A stretch of 64,000 nucleotides of DNA from Macrostomum hystrix (taxonomy: Eukaryota; Animalia; Platyhelminthes): contig CATNEN010000034.1 in assembly GCA_950097015.1 (NCBI GenBank), forward strand, positions 2,604,001-2,668,000. The letters are read 5' to 3'. Under the pieces are notes generated by a model. The model made no database searches. It had not been told where the DNA came from and saw only the letters and a program-made list of their open reading frames with translations. This document shows, piece after piece, positions 23,701 to 35,700 of the stretch (within the stretch, counting starts at the first letter, position 1; every line of letters starts with the position of its first letter). Both the position numbers and the translations under genes were made by a program.

Positions 23701-26700
23701 CGAATACTTTTTGTGAGCAGGCAGAAAATGAAACACTTCGTAACACTTCGTTAATTTAAATTAAATATTTTTTATAAGAACAACATAACAGTGTGTGGTC
23801 TGCAATCAACTAAAACTTTTCAGTTGTCTAACTTGAAAACCGCCACGAAATTGAAATTAGGAACAGACTAAATGGCAGCTGCATGCAGGGATATTCCTTT
23901 GGTGAGTAAATTTTGCTCCGCTGAGGAGGCGGCTGGAGACCTGATCCTCGTCGTCGGAGGCCGCGAATGCGTCAGCCTCGCCTTCAAGCTCATCCAGCTC
24001 CTCCACCATGCTGTCAATCTTCGGCAGGTTGGCCTGGAACCTGCCTCGCTGCCCGCCTGCTGTCGGCTTCGCGAAGGAAGCCCTGCTGGCACCGCCGAAA
24101 GCCGCGTTCGACTTGCGGGCAGCCGAGGCGCTCGAGAGCCGCTTCACCGTGGATGCGGTCAGCTGCGACTGGGAGGTCTTGCGAGTCAGCAGCGAGCTCT
24201 GGGGCTGGTGACGATGACATTCGTGCGGTGACTCCGTGTACTCCTCCCTCCACTCCACTGTCTTCCCTCCACTCCACTGTCCTCCCTCCACTCCACTGTC
24301 CTCCCTCCACTCCGCTGTCATCCCTCCACTACGCTGTCCTCCCTCCACTCCGCTGTCATACCTCGACTCCGCTGTCCTCCCTCCACTCCGCTGTCATCCC
24401 TCCACTCCGCTGTCATCCCTCCACTCCACTGTCCTCCCTCCACTCCGCTGTCATCCCTCCACTCCACTGTCCTCCCTCCACTCCGCTGTCCTCCCTCCAC
24501 TCCGCTGTCCTCCCTCCACTCCACTGTCCTCCCTCCACTCCACTGTCCTCCCTCCACTCCGCTGTCCTCCCTCCACTCCGCTGTCCTCCCTCCACTCCAC
24601 TGTCCTCCCTCCACTCCGCTGTCCTCCCTCCACTCCGCTGTCATCCCTCCACTCCACTGTCCTCCCTCCACTCCGCTGTCCTCCCTCCACTCCACTGTCC
24701 TCCCTCCACTCCGCTGTCCTCCCTCCACTCCGCTGTCCTCCCTCCACTCCGCTGTCCTCCCTCCACTCCGCTGTCCTCCCTCCACTCCGCTGTCCTCCCT
24801 CCACTCCGCTGTCATCCCTCCACTCCGCTGTCATCCCTCCACTCCACTGTCCTCCCTCCACTCCGCTGTCCTCCCTCCACTCCACTGTCCTCCATGCACT
24901 CCACTGTCCTCCCTCCACCCACTCTTCTCCCTTCATGATGTTACCTTTTATTTATCAAAAGTCTCTAATTTCGTTAATTTCTCAGCAGATAAGTTTAGCA
25001 GAGCACAGCAAAACTGTTAAAAAAACGTTTACGCTCAAGCCTGTCCGCAGAATATTTTGTATTCAAAATCGTCGAAATAAAAGATGACATTTTTTAATAC
25101 TGATACCATTTTTTGAAGGATTAAAAACAAAGTCTATGAAAATAAATAACTAACCAGCCCTACCTGACTGGAGCCAAGGTCCTGGTGCGAGGCCGGCTGG
25201 CCTTTGCCCGTCTTCGTTTCGCGACCGCCTCCGCCGCCGCCCTGGACCTTCTTGCCAGCAGCCAAAGCCTGCGCTGTCATTGCCGCTGTCACTGAAGTGT
25301 GAATGATTAACTGACTGACTGACTGTAGATAGAAGTCGATATAGAACACCTCGTAGATATGCACAAAGTGAATATTAATTAAACAAGAGAAACATGTCAA
25401 TAACATTAGATACTGTGTATTGAGTAAGACTTAAAACCAAATCATTACTTCGGTTATGCGTCACAAGCAGATTCAACTCTCACTAAAGATCCCATTTAGC
25501 AGCTAGAAGTGTGTTTGAAGTTTGATTGCTTTGCTTTAATAATCTCGTGAAGTATTATTGTTAGCTGTGAAATTAGCAAAACTGTCTCGTGTTAACCATC
25601 TCTGTGAAAAGTTGGTTCTTACCCTTTGCTGCAAAATTGTAAAAAGAGACAAAAATACTGCGTATAAATCGTTTATTCAATTTTTACGTCGACTGAATTT
25701 CTAGTTTTTCCCGCTAGACACCCACCTCACGCCCGTTCACTCGTCACGCTTTCTTTTGCTTTTCTAACCCCCCTAGACAACCACCTCACGCCCGTTCAAT
25801 CGTCACGCTTTCTTTTCAGCTTTTCTAACCCCCCTAGACACCCACCTCACGCCCGTTCAATCGCCACGCCTTCTTTTCAGCTTTTCTTACCCCGCTAGAC
25901 ACCACCTCGTTTCCTCGTTCCCTTCGCACGCCATATTTCCGTTTTTCTACCCTTGCTAGCCGTAGGTTCCGTCAGTCAAAAAGAGAAAACTACTGTACAG
26001 TAACCAGCGGAAACTCACTCCTGCCTTCCTGAGCAGCCAGAGCTGCCAACGCCTCCTGGCTGAGGCCGGGCCTTTCTCCGTCGCCATCGACGCCGCCGTC
26101 GCCATCCTCGGCCATGCGCAGTCTCGCAGCCTCGGAGCAGAGCTCACGAGCCTTCTTACCGGCAGGCGATGCGCCAGATGCAATGGCCTCCTTGACGACG
26201 CTGTCAATGCTTAGCAGGGCGGCCTCGTAGTGCTTTGCCAGCAGCACGGCTGTGTCTGACTTGCCCGACAGCGGTGCACCATGGACGATGATTGCGATGC
26301 CCCGTCGATTGCGGCTGGCGCGACCTTCGCTCGACAGGTCGATGCCGAGGTAGCGCGCGATCGCCATGGAAACAGGCGTTGCTTCCAGCTCCGCGATTCC
26401 GGAGCCGCCGCTTGCCAGGGTGCGGTTCGACGCTTCCCGCTCCGGTCCGCGAATTGGCGAGCCGACGCCAGCTGCGCCGGCTTCGGCATTGACTTCGTCG
26501 ACATTTTCCTCGCCATTCTCGGCTGCCGCAGCTGCCGCCGCTGCCGCCGCAGCTTCGTCGGCCTCCTGGCGGGCCTTCTCGGCTTCGTACTTGCGCAACT
26601 GCTCGGCGTAGTACTCCAGCAGCTCCGGCGGCAGCTTCTCGCCAGGTCGGCGAGGTGGCAACAGCAGAGTGTTGTACTCATCGTAGCCGGGAATCTGCCT

Positions 26701-29700
26701 GAGGATCTTCTCCTCCTCCAGGTAGAACTTGTCGTACTCCAGACTGTAGAACTCGATCGGGAAGTCGCACGGGTTGCGGACAACAATTTCTCGCTCGGCG
26801 CCCTCCTGCGCGAACGGCAGAATCGGCCCGAATTCGATCATGTTGCTGTCGAACTCCAGCCGGGGCTCCAGGCCCTGGCCGCGGCACATCACCAGCAGCC
26901 GTTGGGAGCTCTGGCCGATGCGCAGGTTCAGGCGGGACTCGTAGCTGCGCTCCTCCCGCGGAATGAACTTGATCTGCACGTTCAGCTTCTGCCCGGGCCG
27001 CAGGTCGCCGAAGCCGGGTATCATCTCGAACACGGGCGGCTCCGGTCCGCGCGGAGTTGTCGCGCCGGCGTCCTGCGACGACTGCAACTGCTGCTGCTGC
27101 TGCTGGCGGAGGTAGAGCGGTGAAAATCTGTCAGCTGCCTTCTTACGCTTGCCTCGCTCAGTCAGGGCTGAGTCGGGCAGTGCTGACCACTGAGCTGGCA
27201 CTGGCGAGCAGTTGTGCAGCTGCACCGTGATGACCTTGGCCTCCGAGCAGCGGACGCTGTGAAAGTCGACCAGATCCCGACTCACTGTCAGGCAGGGCAT
27301 TGTCACGAAGGCCTTCAATAGCAGCGGCAGGCAAGGTCCGTTGACCAGGTTGATGAAGACTCGGCACTGCACGGCGCCCAGCTCCAGGTTGGCGCCGCGA
27401 GGGTCGAAGCTGATGCGGAGATTCTGCGTCTCCGACGGAGGCAGATCGCGGACCCGTTCGACGTCGAAGGCGAAGCCGAACGCGCGCGAGTCGTTGCGGT
27501 TGACTCGGAAGGAGAGCGGCGTCTCGCCGATATTGGTTGCGCGGAAGGTCTTGGGTTCGACTCCTGACAGTAGGACGTAGCCAAAGTCCAGAACGTACTC
27601 AGGCAGGGTCGGGCGCAGAATTTTCGTTCGGCCGTCCAGCGGCGGGTTGGCCTTGGCGAACTCGTCAACAAAGCGCCTCTCGGCTTCGAGCTTCACGTGC
27701 AGATCGTCCAGGCCGGGCTCCTCCTTGCGGACCTCGGCTTCCATCTCGATGGCCTCCGGGCAGCGCGGAATGTCCAGGAATAAGCGCGGAAACGAGGCGA
27801 CGCCACGAACTGTAACCTCCTGTGTCGGAAAGTGGGCCACTTGCACCTGGCGGATTGGATGGGTTTGATCAAGGGTAAGGTAAGATGCTTGATACACACG
27901 CACACACACAATCTCTCCACAGCTTACTTTAAAGGCCCGCTGGAAAGCGTCCGGATGTCCGGGATGGTACAGAACTCGAAGCTGCACCGAAGCGTTGGGC
28001 GGCACAGCGCCAAAGGCAGGCCGCATAATCGGCACGCCAACTGGCGGAATTGCGCCCTCCTCCAGCTCGGGCATGTCCGGCGCGGCGAAGGCGAATTCAA
28101 CTCGGCTGCGATTGGTTAGGCAGAGCTCGGCCGCGGCGATCTCGTTGTACAGGACGCAGCCGTAGTCAATGTCCAGCGTGCTCAACTCGAAGTCAATCAA
28201 CGAGGACTCGCCGCTCAGTCGAAGCTCATAGTCGGGTCCGCCGTCCACCTCGCAGATGGCCGTCACCTGAGCTTCGATGTCCGGATGGCCGAAGAATGTC
28301 AGCGTGAGCTGCTCGGTCATGCCCGGCGGAAGCAGGCCGTGAATGGGCAGGATGTCGAACACCTCCTCGATGCCCAGCGGAACAATCTCGCGATCCTGTT
28401 CGAGAAGTTCGCGCAGCTTCGGATTCAACGAACGCTTCGAGCGCTGACTGCCGCTGCTCTTCTCGGCGGTAGAAGGTCGGCCATTCTGTTTCACAGCCGC
28501 GCTGGTCGAGACAATCTCTAGCTGCTGCTGCTGCTGCTGCTGCTGCTCGTCCTGCGGCGGCATGGAGGCGTCATTCTCACCCTCTCGGAAGGCGCGCCTA
28601 GGCACGACAATCTCTTCAACAACTTCGTCCTCGTCGGCAGTGAAATCTCGCCCGGTTTTCTCGGTGCCAACGTCCTTCTCGGCTGCGTCGATCACCATGA
28701 GAGACGGCGGAGCGTCAGCAGCCGGCGATTCTTCAGCCTCGTCAAACTCGCCGGCCTGGCTCTCGCAGTCCAGGACCCGCATGACCTCCGGACTACGGCT
28801 CCGGTACCGGTGAAAGAAGATGTTCGGCTTCTCCTCGCCAATGAGGAACTTCCAGCGGTAGCTGACGGGCAGCGGCGAAGTGTTGGTGACGTTGAGGTAC
28901 CGGGTGACCTCCGTGTGGTTCAGAATGCACCCAAAGTTCACGTGGTCCCGCTCGAATGACAGATTCGGGAAGTGGACCTCGCCGCGGAGCGGCACGCGGT
29001 CAACGTGCGGGTGCTCCCGGTACTCGACGGTGAGGAAGTCCTCAGCCACCCGGCTGTGCAGGTCGGTCTTGTAGGACGGGTCGAATTGGACGCGCAGTTC
29101 GAGCGAGTCGCCAATCTCCATGGTAACGTTCTGCATCGCGGAGTGGAATGCGGAATTAACTTTTTATGTAGCGCTTGAGAGTGAATGGCAGAGCGGTCTA
29201 ACGCGCCAAGGTACTGAGCTCGATTCGGCGGCGAGGCGACATTCATTTGTGAATATCGCGTCCCTCGAGGGCCAACATCCAATGCACAGTGAGAGTGTAC
29301 ACTGCCTGACTATGAGAAAGTCAGGGTAGATGTACACACCTGTGTGTGTGCGTGTGAGCTCAGGAGTCAGCGGAATGGGCAGAATTGCCTCCTCGCTGGC
29401 TGTGGGTCTAGTGTCACCAAATGATGTGCAATTATCCATTGTTTCAGTTCACCCAGATAGAAAATCTGGTGGATGTGACGTCATCCGTGACTCTTGTGAC
29501 TCACCGCCTCCCCAGCCAGTGAGGCATCGGAGCGGACCAATTGAAACGGGTAGCTGACGGAGATGCGGCAGTGCAGTTGGAGGCCGGACACATTCTCCAA
29601 AGTCAGCGGCTGAGTCTGACAGTCCAGGGTGTCGTGCTGAAGCTGCAGGAATAAGAACAGGACTGATCCTTTGCAACAAAGACTCCACACTTCACAGAAC

Positions 29701-32700
29701 GAACGTTTATCTATAAATGACTATTCCGCATCATTCCATAGCAAAACGAATCATTACATATAAAAAACTGATCATTCTGGATTAGAAACTAAAAAAATAT
29801 TTTCGTATTAAAACATACTCATTCCGTACCTAAATAGGCCATCATATCGAGCTGAAAAATATCATTCCGAGTTTAAAAGGTCATTCCATACCTAATTTAA
29901 TCATTCCGTGCCAAATATTATCATTCCGTACCAGATTTAATCATTCCGTGCCAAATATTATCATTCCGTACCAGATTTAATCATTCCGTACCAAATCTAA
30001 TCATTCCGTACCTAATTTTACAATTCCGTGTCTAATATAATCATTCTGTACTAAATCTAATCTTTCTGTACTAAATCTAATCTTTCTGTAGCAATTACAA
30101 TCATTCCGTACCAAATCTAACCATTCCGTAACAAATATAATCATTCTGTACCAAATTTAATCATTCCGTACCAAATCGAATCATTCTGTAACAAATCTAA
30201 TCATTCCGAAACAAATATAATCATTCTGTACCAAATTTAATCATTCCGTACCAAATATAATCATTCCGTACTAAATCTAATCATTCCGTAAAAAATATAA
30301 TCATTCTGTACCAAATCTAATCTTTCTGTAGCAAATATAATCATTCCGTACCAAATCTAACCATTCCGTAACAAATAAAATCATTCCATACCAAATATAT
30401 AATCTTTCTGTACCAAAAATAATCATTCCGTACCAAATATAATCTTTCTGTACCAAATATAATCATTCCGTATTAAATCGAATCATTCCGTACCAAATCG
30501 AATCATTCCGTACCAAATATAATTATTCCGTACCAAATTTAGTTATTCCGTACCAAATATAATCTTTCTGTAGCAAATATAATCTTTCTGTAGCAATTAC
30601 AATCATTCTGTACTAAATCGAATCCTTCTGTAGCAAATATAATCATTCCGTACCAAATATAATCTTTCTGTAGCAAATACTTGTATAATCATTCCGTACA
30701 AAATCTAATCATTCCGTACCAAACCTAATCATTCCGTACCAAATATAATCATTACGTAACAAATATAATCATTCTGTAACAAATCTAATCTTTCTGTAGC
30801 AAATATAATCATTCCGTACCAAATATAATAATTCCGTGCCAAATATAATCATTCCGTACCAAATATAATCATTCCGTACCTAATTTAATCATTCCGTACC
30901 AAATATAATCATTCCGTACCAAATCGGATCGTTCTGTCGCAAAAAACATCATGTTTTTCTTTTGCATTCAAAAGCTCTACCAATCGATGAGTTTATTTCC
31001 ATTCACGGCCCGCTCGACTGACCTTCTCGACCCTGAAGTAGAGCTGCGGCGAGCTGAACTGCACCATCGGATTCACGAAGTCCACGCACAGGTTCACCCG
31101 CTTGATCAGCTCCTTGCCGCCCTGCCGGCCGATGATGGCGTGACAGAGCAGCGTCTCCTCCACCCGGGCCGGCTCGTCCACGCGGCCTCGGAGCAGAATC
31201 TCGGCCGACTGGCCGGGTGTCAGATCGAATCGGTGCGGTGTCACGGAGAAGATCGGAGCAGTCACGTGATCCGAGTTGGCCGCCATGGCCTGCCTGACTG
31301 CTTTGACGTGGCTGTAGCCCTCGGTTGTCCACACCAGCTGCTGGTGGCGCCTGCCGCAGTTTCTCACTTGAAACCGGCGAACAAAATCTGTTTTGCTGAA
31401 CTGCGGCCCGAGATCCATTGCTTCGGGCATGCCCGGCTCCGTCACGATTGTTGTGCCCTGACCGTAGGCCTGCGTAGCAACCAATGGAATTGCGTGCTTC
31501 CAATTTAACCGTTACCCTTCCGTACCGTTAACCCTACCCTTTATCCCATTTCTCTCTCCCCTCCATTCTTCCCATTCTGTTTGTGTTGCGCTTATCCCAT
31601 TCTCATTTATTCTAAATTATCCCCATTCTCATTCAGTCTAAATTATCATCATCTCGTTTATTCAAAATTATCCCCCATTCTCATTCATTTTTAATTATCC
31701 CCATTCTGATTCAGCCTAAATTATCCCCATTCTGATTCAGTCCAAATTATCCCCATTCTGATTCAGCCTAAATTATCCCCATTCTGATTCAGCCTAAATT
31801 ATCCCCATTCTGATTCAGTCCAAATTATCCCCATTCTGATTCAGTCGAAATTATCCCCATTCTGATTCAGTCTAAATTATCCCCATTCTGATTCAGCCTA
31901 AATTATCCCCATTCTGATTCAGTCCAAATTATCCCCATTCTGATTCAGTCGAAATTATCCCCATTCTGATTCAGTCTAAATTATCCCCATTCTGATTCAG
32001 TCTAAATTATCCCCATTCTGATTCAGTCTAAATTATCCCCATTCTCATTCAGTCTAAATTATCCCCATTCTCATGCAGTCTAAATTATCCCCATTCTCAT
32101 TCAGTCTAAATTATCCCCATTCTGATTCAGTCTAAATTATCCCCATTCTGATTCAGTCTAAATTATCCCCATTCTCATTCAGTCTAAATTATCCCCATTC
32201 TCATGCAGTCTAAATTATCCCCATTCTCATGCAGTCTAAATTATCCCCATCTCGTTCAGTCTAATTTATGCCCATTATCTTACAGTCCAAATATTCCCAA
32301 TCTCTTCAAGTCTCGATTATCATAACTCAATCCCAAAATGTTTTTAACAGCTCCTACCTGCAGAGCCACCTGTTTGGGATTCTCATTCTTGACCTGAACC
32401 AGTAGCTTGTCTTGGAATCGCAGGCAGTCATTCAGGTTAGCCAACAGGGTCAGCCGGACCGACTGGTTGGGCTCGATGACGCCAACTTCGGGCACCACGC
32501 GGAACTGCGAGTCCTTCCTGGCCAGCTGGCAGGCGAATTCAGCTGGAATCAGCGACTCGTTGCTCAGGCAGATCTCCCTGGCGATGTCCGTGAGCACTGG
32601 GACTCGGCCGAAGTCTAATTCGTAGGGCGTGACATGGACCACCGGTCCCTCGCCGAAGCATTTGATGCAAACCACCAGAGGCGGCTGATCGCTGCCGAAG

Positions 32701-35700
32701 ATCTTCACGTAGGCCAGTTCCTCGCGCTCCTCGGTCTCACGAACTGCCACCGTCAGCGGCATTTGGAAGGTGGACTTCGGCTGAATGATGCCCTGCAATT
32801 TATAATGACCGATTCATGAATATAGCTGTTTTTTTCGAAGAGCTTACGAGAATCTCTTGTTAATTATCCTCAATCTAGGTCGGTTTGAGGTTGGTTTACT
32901 CTCTAAACCGAACACAAGATTTAATTGGCGACTTAGTTTTAGAACTGCTTGCGGGGAACCCCATTTTACGAGCGTATTCATTCTTAGACCAGGCATGTGA
33001 ATGACCTAGAAATCTGATTGGTCGAAAAATATTAGTTTGTTGCTATTTTTAGAACTGCTTGCAGGGAACCCGATTTTGGAAACTACCTAGCCCAGGGTTG
33101 CTTGTGAGGGCAATTTCTTCTAAGTAATTATTGCACAAGCGCTGTAGAATGTACAAAAAGTCTGCCCCACCTTTGGCTGCGGGCTGAAGTACACAATGGA
33201 GGCCGCATCAGGATTCTCCTGCGGCAAAAGTTCATATTTGGCGGGCAGCTCCGTGGAGTTCACCAAGCCAACTGTCCGAACATTCGGGTAGGGATGATTC
33301 AGGAACAGCCGGTGATAGTCCAGCACATTCTGCTCCAGCATGATGTCCGGAACGATCGATCTAAACGAATGAGTAAAGGTGAGTGATTTTCAAGGCAACG
33401 GCAGCCTTGAAGACCAAAAAACACGAGCTAAATAGTACTCACTTGGCCACAATCGGAATGGCCAGCACCTCTTGGCCAACATTCTCGACATCCACAACCA
33501 GCGAGCTCTTGAACTTGGCGCAGCAGTTGGCGGTGAGGGTCACGGCCACCCTCACGCTGCTCATGGCGTCCAGATGGCCGCTCTCGGGGTCGATGCTGAA
33601 CTCCTGCGGCGGACCAGCGCGGTAGGCAGCCCTAGGGGACGCCGCCGAGTCGTCGTTGCCTTCCTCAAGAGCGCAGACCGGCTGGCCCTGACCATCGCCG
33701 GGCACACGGAGGCGGAAGTCCATGGGGATGAGCGAGGTGTTGTTAAGCAGCACCGTCTGGGTGGACGGGAAGCCAAGCGAAACTGAGTTGAAGCGCAGCT
33801 CAGCGCTCTCGAAGTGGAAGGTCGGGCCGATGACGGAACCGCTGCAGGGAGGTTAGTAGCATGAATTGATTCATCGCTCGCCCTTCCACCGAAAAAGCAC
33901 CAATCTTACCTCAATGCAATCTCACCCCACCTCTCACCCCATCTCACACCCAGGATCTCAAATCTCACCCCATCTCACACCCAGGATCTCCAATCTCACT
34001 CCATCTCACACCCAGGATCTTCAATCTCACCCCATCTCACACCCAGGATCTCCAATCTCACCCCATCTCACATCCAGGATCTCCAATCTCACCCCATCTC
34101 ACACCCAGGATCTCCAATCTCACCCCATCTCACACCCAGGATCTCCAATCTCACCCCATCTCACATCCAGGATCTCCAATCTCACCCCATCTCACACCCA
34201 GGATCTCCAATCTCACCCCATCTCACATCCAGGATCTTTAATCTCACCCCATCTCACATCCAGGATCTCCAATCTCACCCCATCTCACACCCAGGATCTT
34301 CAATCTCACCCCATCTCACACCCAGGATCTCCAATCTTACCCCATCTCACACCCAGGATCTCCAATCTCACCCCATCTCACACCCAGGATCTCCAATCTC
34401 ACCCCATCTCGCATCCAGGATCTTCAATCTCACCCCATCTCACATCCAGGATCTCCAATCTCACCCCATCTCGCACCCAGGATCTTCAATCTCACCCCAT
34501 CTCACACCCAGGATCTCCAATCTCACCCCATCTCACACCCAGGATCTCCAATCTCACCCCATTTCACATCCAGGATCTCCAATCTCACTCCATCTCACAC
34601 CCAGGATCTCCAATCTCACACTCCGCATGATTAATCCTACCGGAAGTTCACAGACAAAGCCTCTGGCGAGCCCTCCAATTGGAAGTGGAAATTTTCGTCG
34701 AAATCGCCCAGCATGGAGGAGCTGAAGCGGATGTGGATGGCCTGATGCCCGCCAGGCGACACGATGCCATCGTCCGGGTGGAAGTGGAAACACTTGGCGA
34801 ACTGGCTTGAGCTGGGCTGTATCTTGTAGATGGCATCAATGTGCCCTTTGTTGGCCAGCACCAGCTCGTAGGTGTGGACTGAGTTCACGAATAGGAATCC
34901 AAGGTCCAGGCTGTTGAAGCTGAATTGAATCTTCGGACCGACGCCGATGCCGGTGACCTTCAGGGCTAGGCGGGTCTGCCGGCCGGTCACGTCGCAGAAC
35001 AATGTGTGGTTGTAAGTGGTGGCCTCGGCCGGCCTGAAGGTCAGGGTGACCTCCCGACTGCTGTTGGGCCACACCTCACCGGACACGGGATTCACCTGGG
35101 ATTCGGGGCAGTTGGCGATTGATTTGTCATTTCTAGGATTTAATTGGTCATTTCTAGGTTGGATTTGACATTTCTAGGATTGCAATTTTTATTTCTAGGA
35201 TTGATTTGTCATTTCTAGGATTGATTTGTCATTTCTAGGATTGATTTGTCATTTCTAGGATTTAATTGGTCATTTCTAGGTTGGATTTGACATTTCTAGG
35301 ATTGCAATTTTTATTTCTAGGATTGATTTGTCATTTCTAGGATTGATTTGTCATTTCTAGGATTGATTTGTCATTTCTAGGATTGATTTGTCATTTCTAG
35401 GATGGATTTGTCATTTCTAGGATGGACTTGTCATTTCTAGGATGGATTTGTCATTTCTTGGATTGATTTGTCATTTCTAGGACTCAATTGTCATTTCTAG
35501 GATTGAATTGTCCTTTCTAGAAAGGATTTTTCGTTTCTAGGATTGAATTTTCATTTCTAGGATTGAATTTTCATTTCTAGGATTGAATTGTCATTTCTAG
35601 AAAGGATTTTTCGTTTCTAGGATTGAATTTTCATTTCTAGGATGGATTTGTCATTTCTAGGATAGATTTGTCATTTCTAGGATGAATTTGTCATTTCTAG

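Noticed and set aside
29300-29335. Hammerhead-like CTGACGA...GAAA or SECIS-like ATGA...AAA in the SINE hairpin loop
   Set aside because: No stem II between CUGANGA and GAAA, no SECIS helix geometry, and CTGACGA is not conserved across copies.
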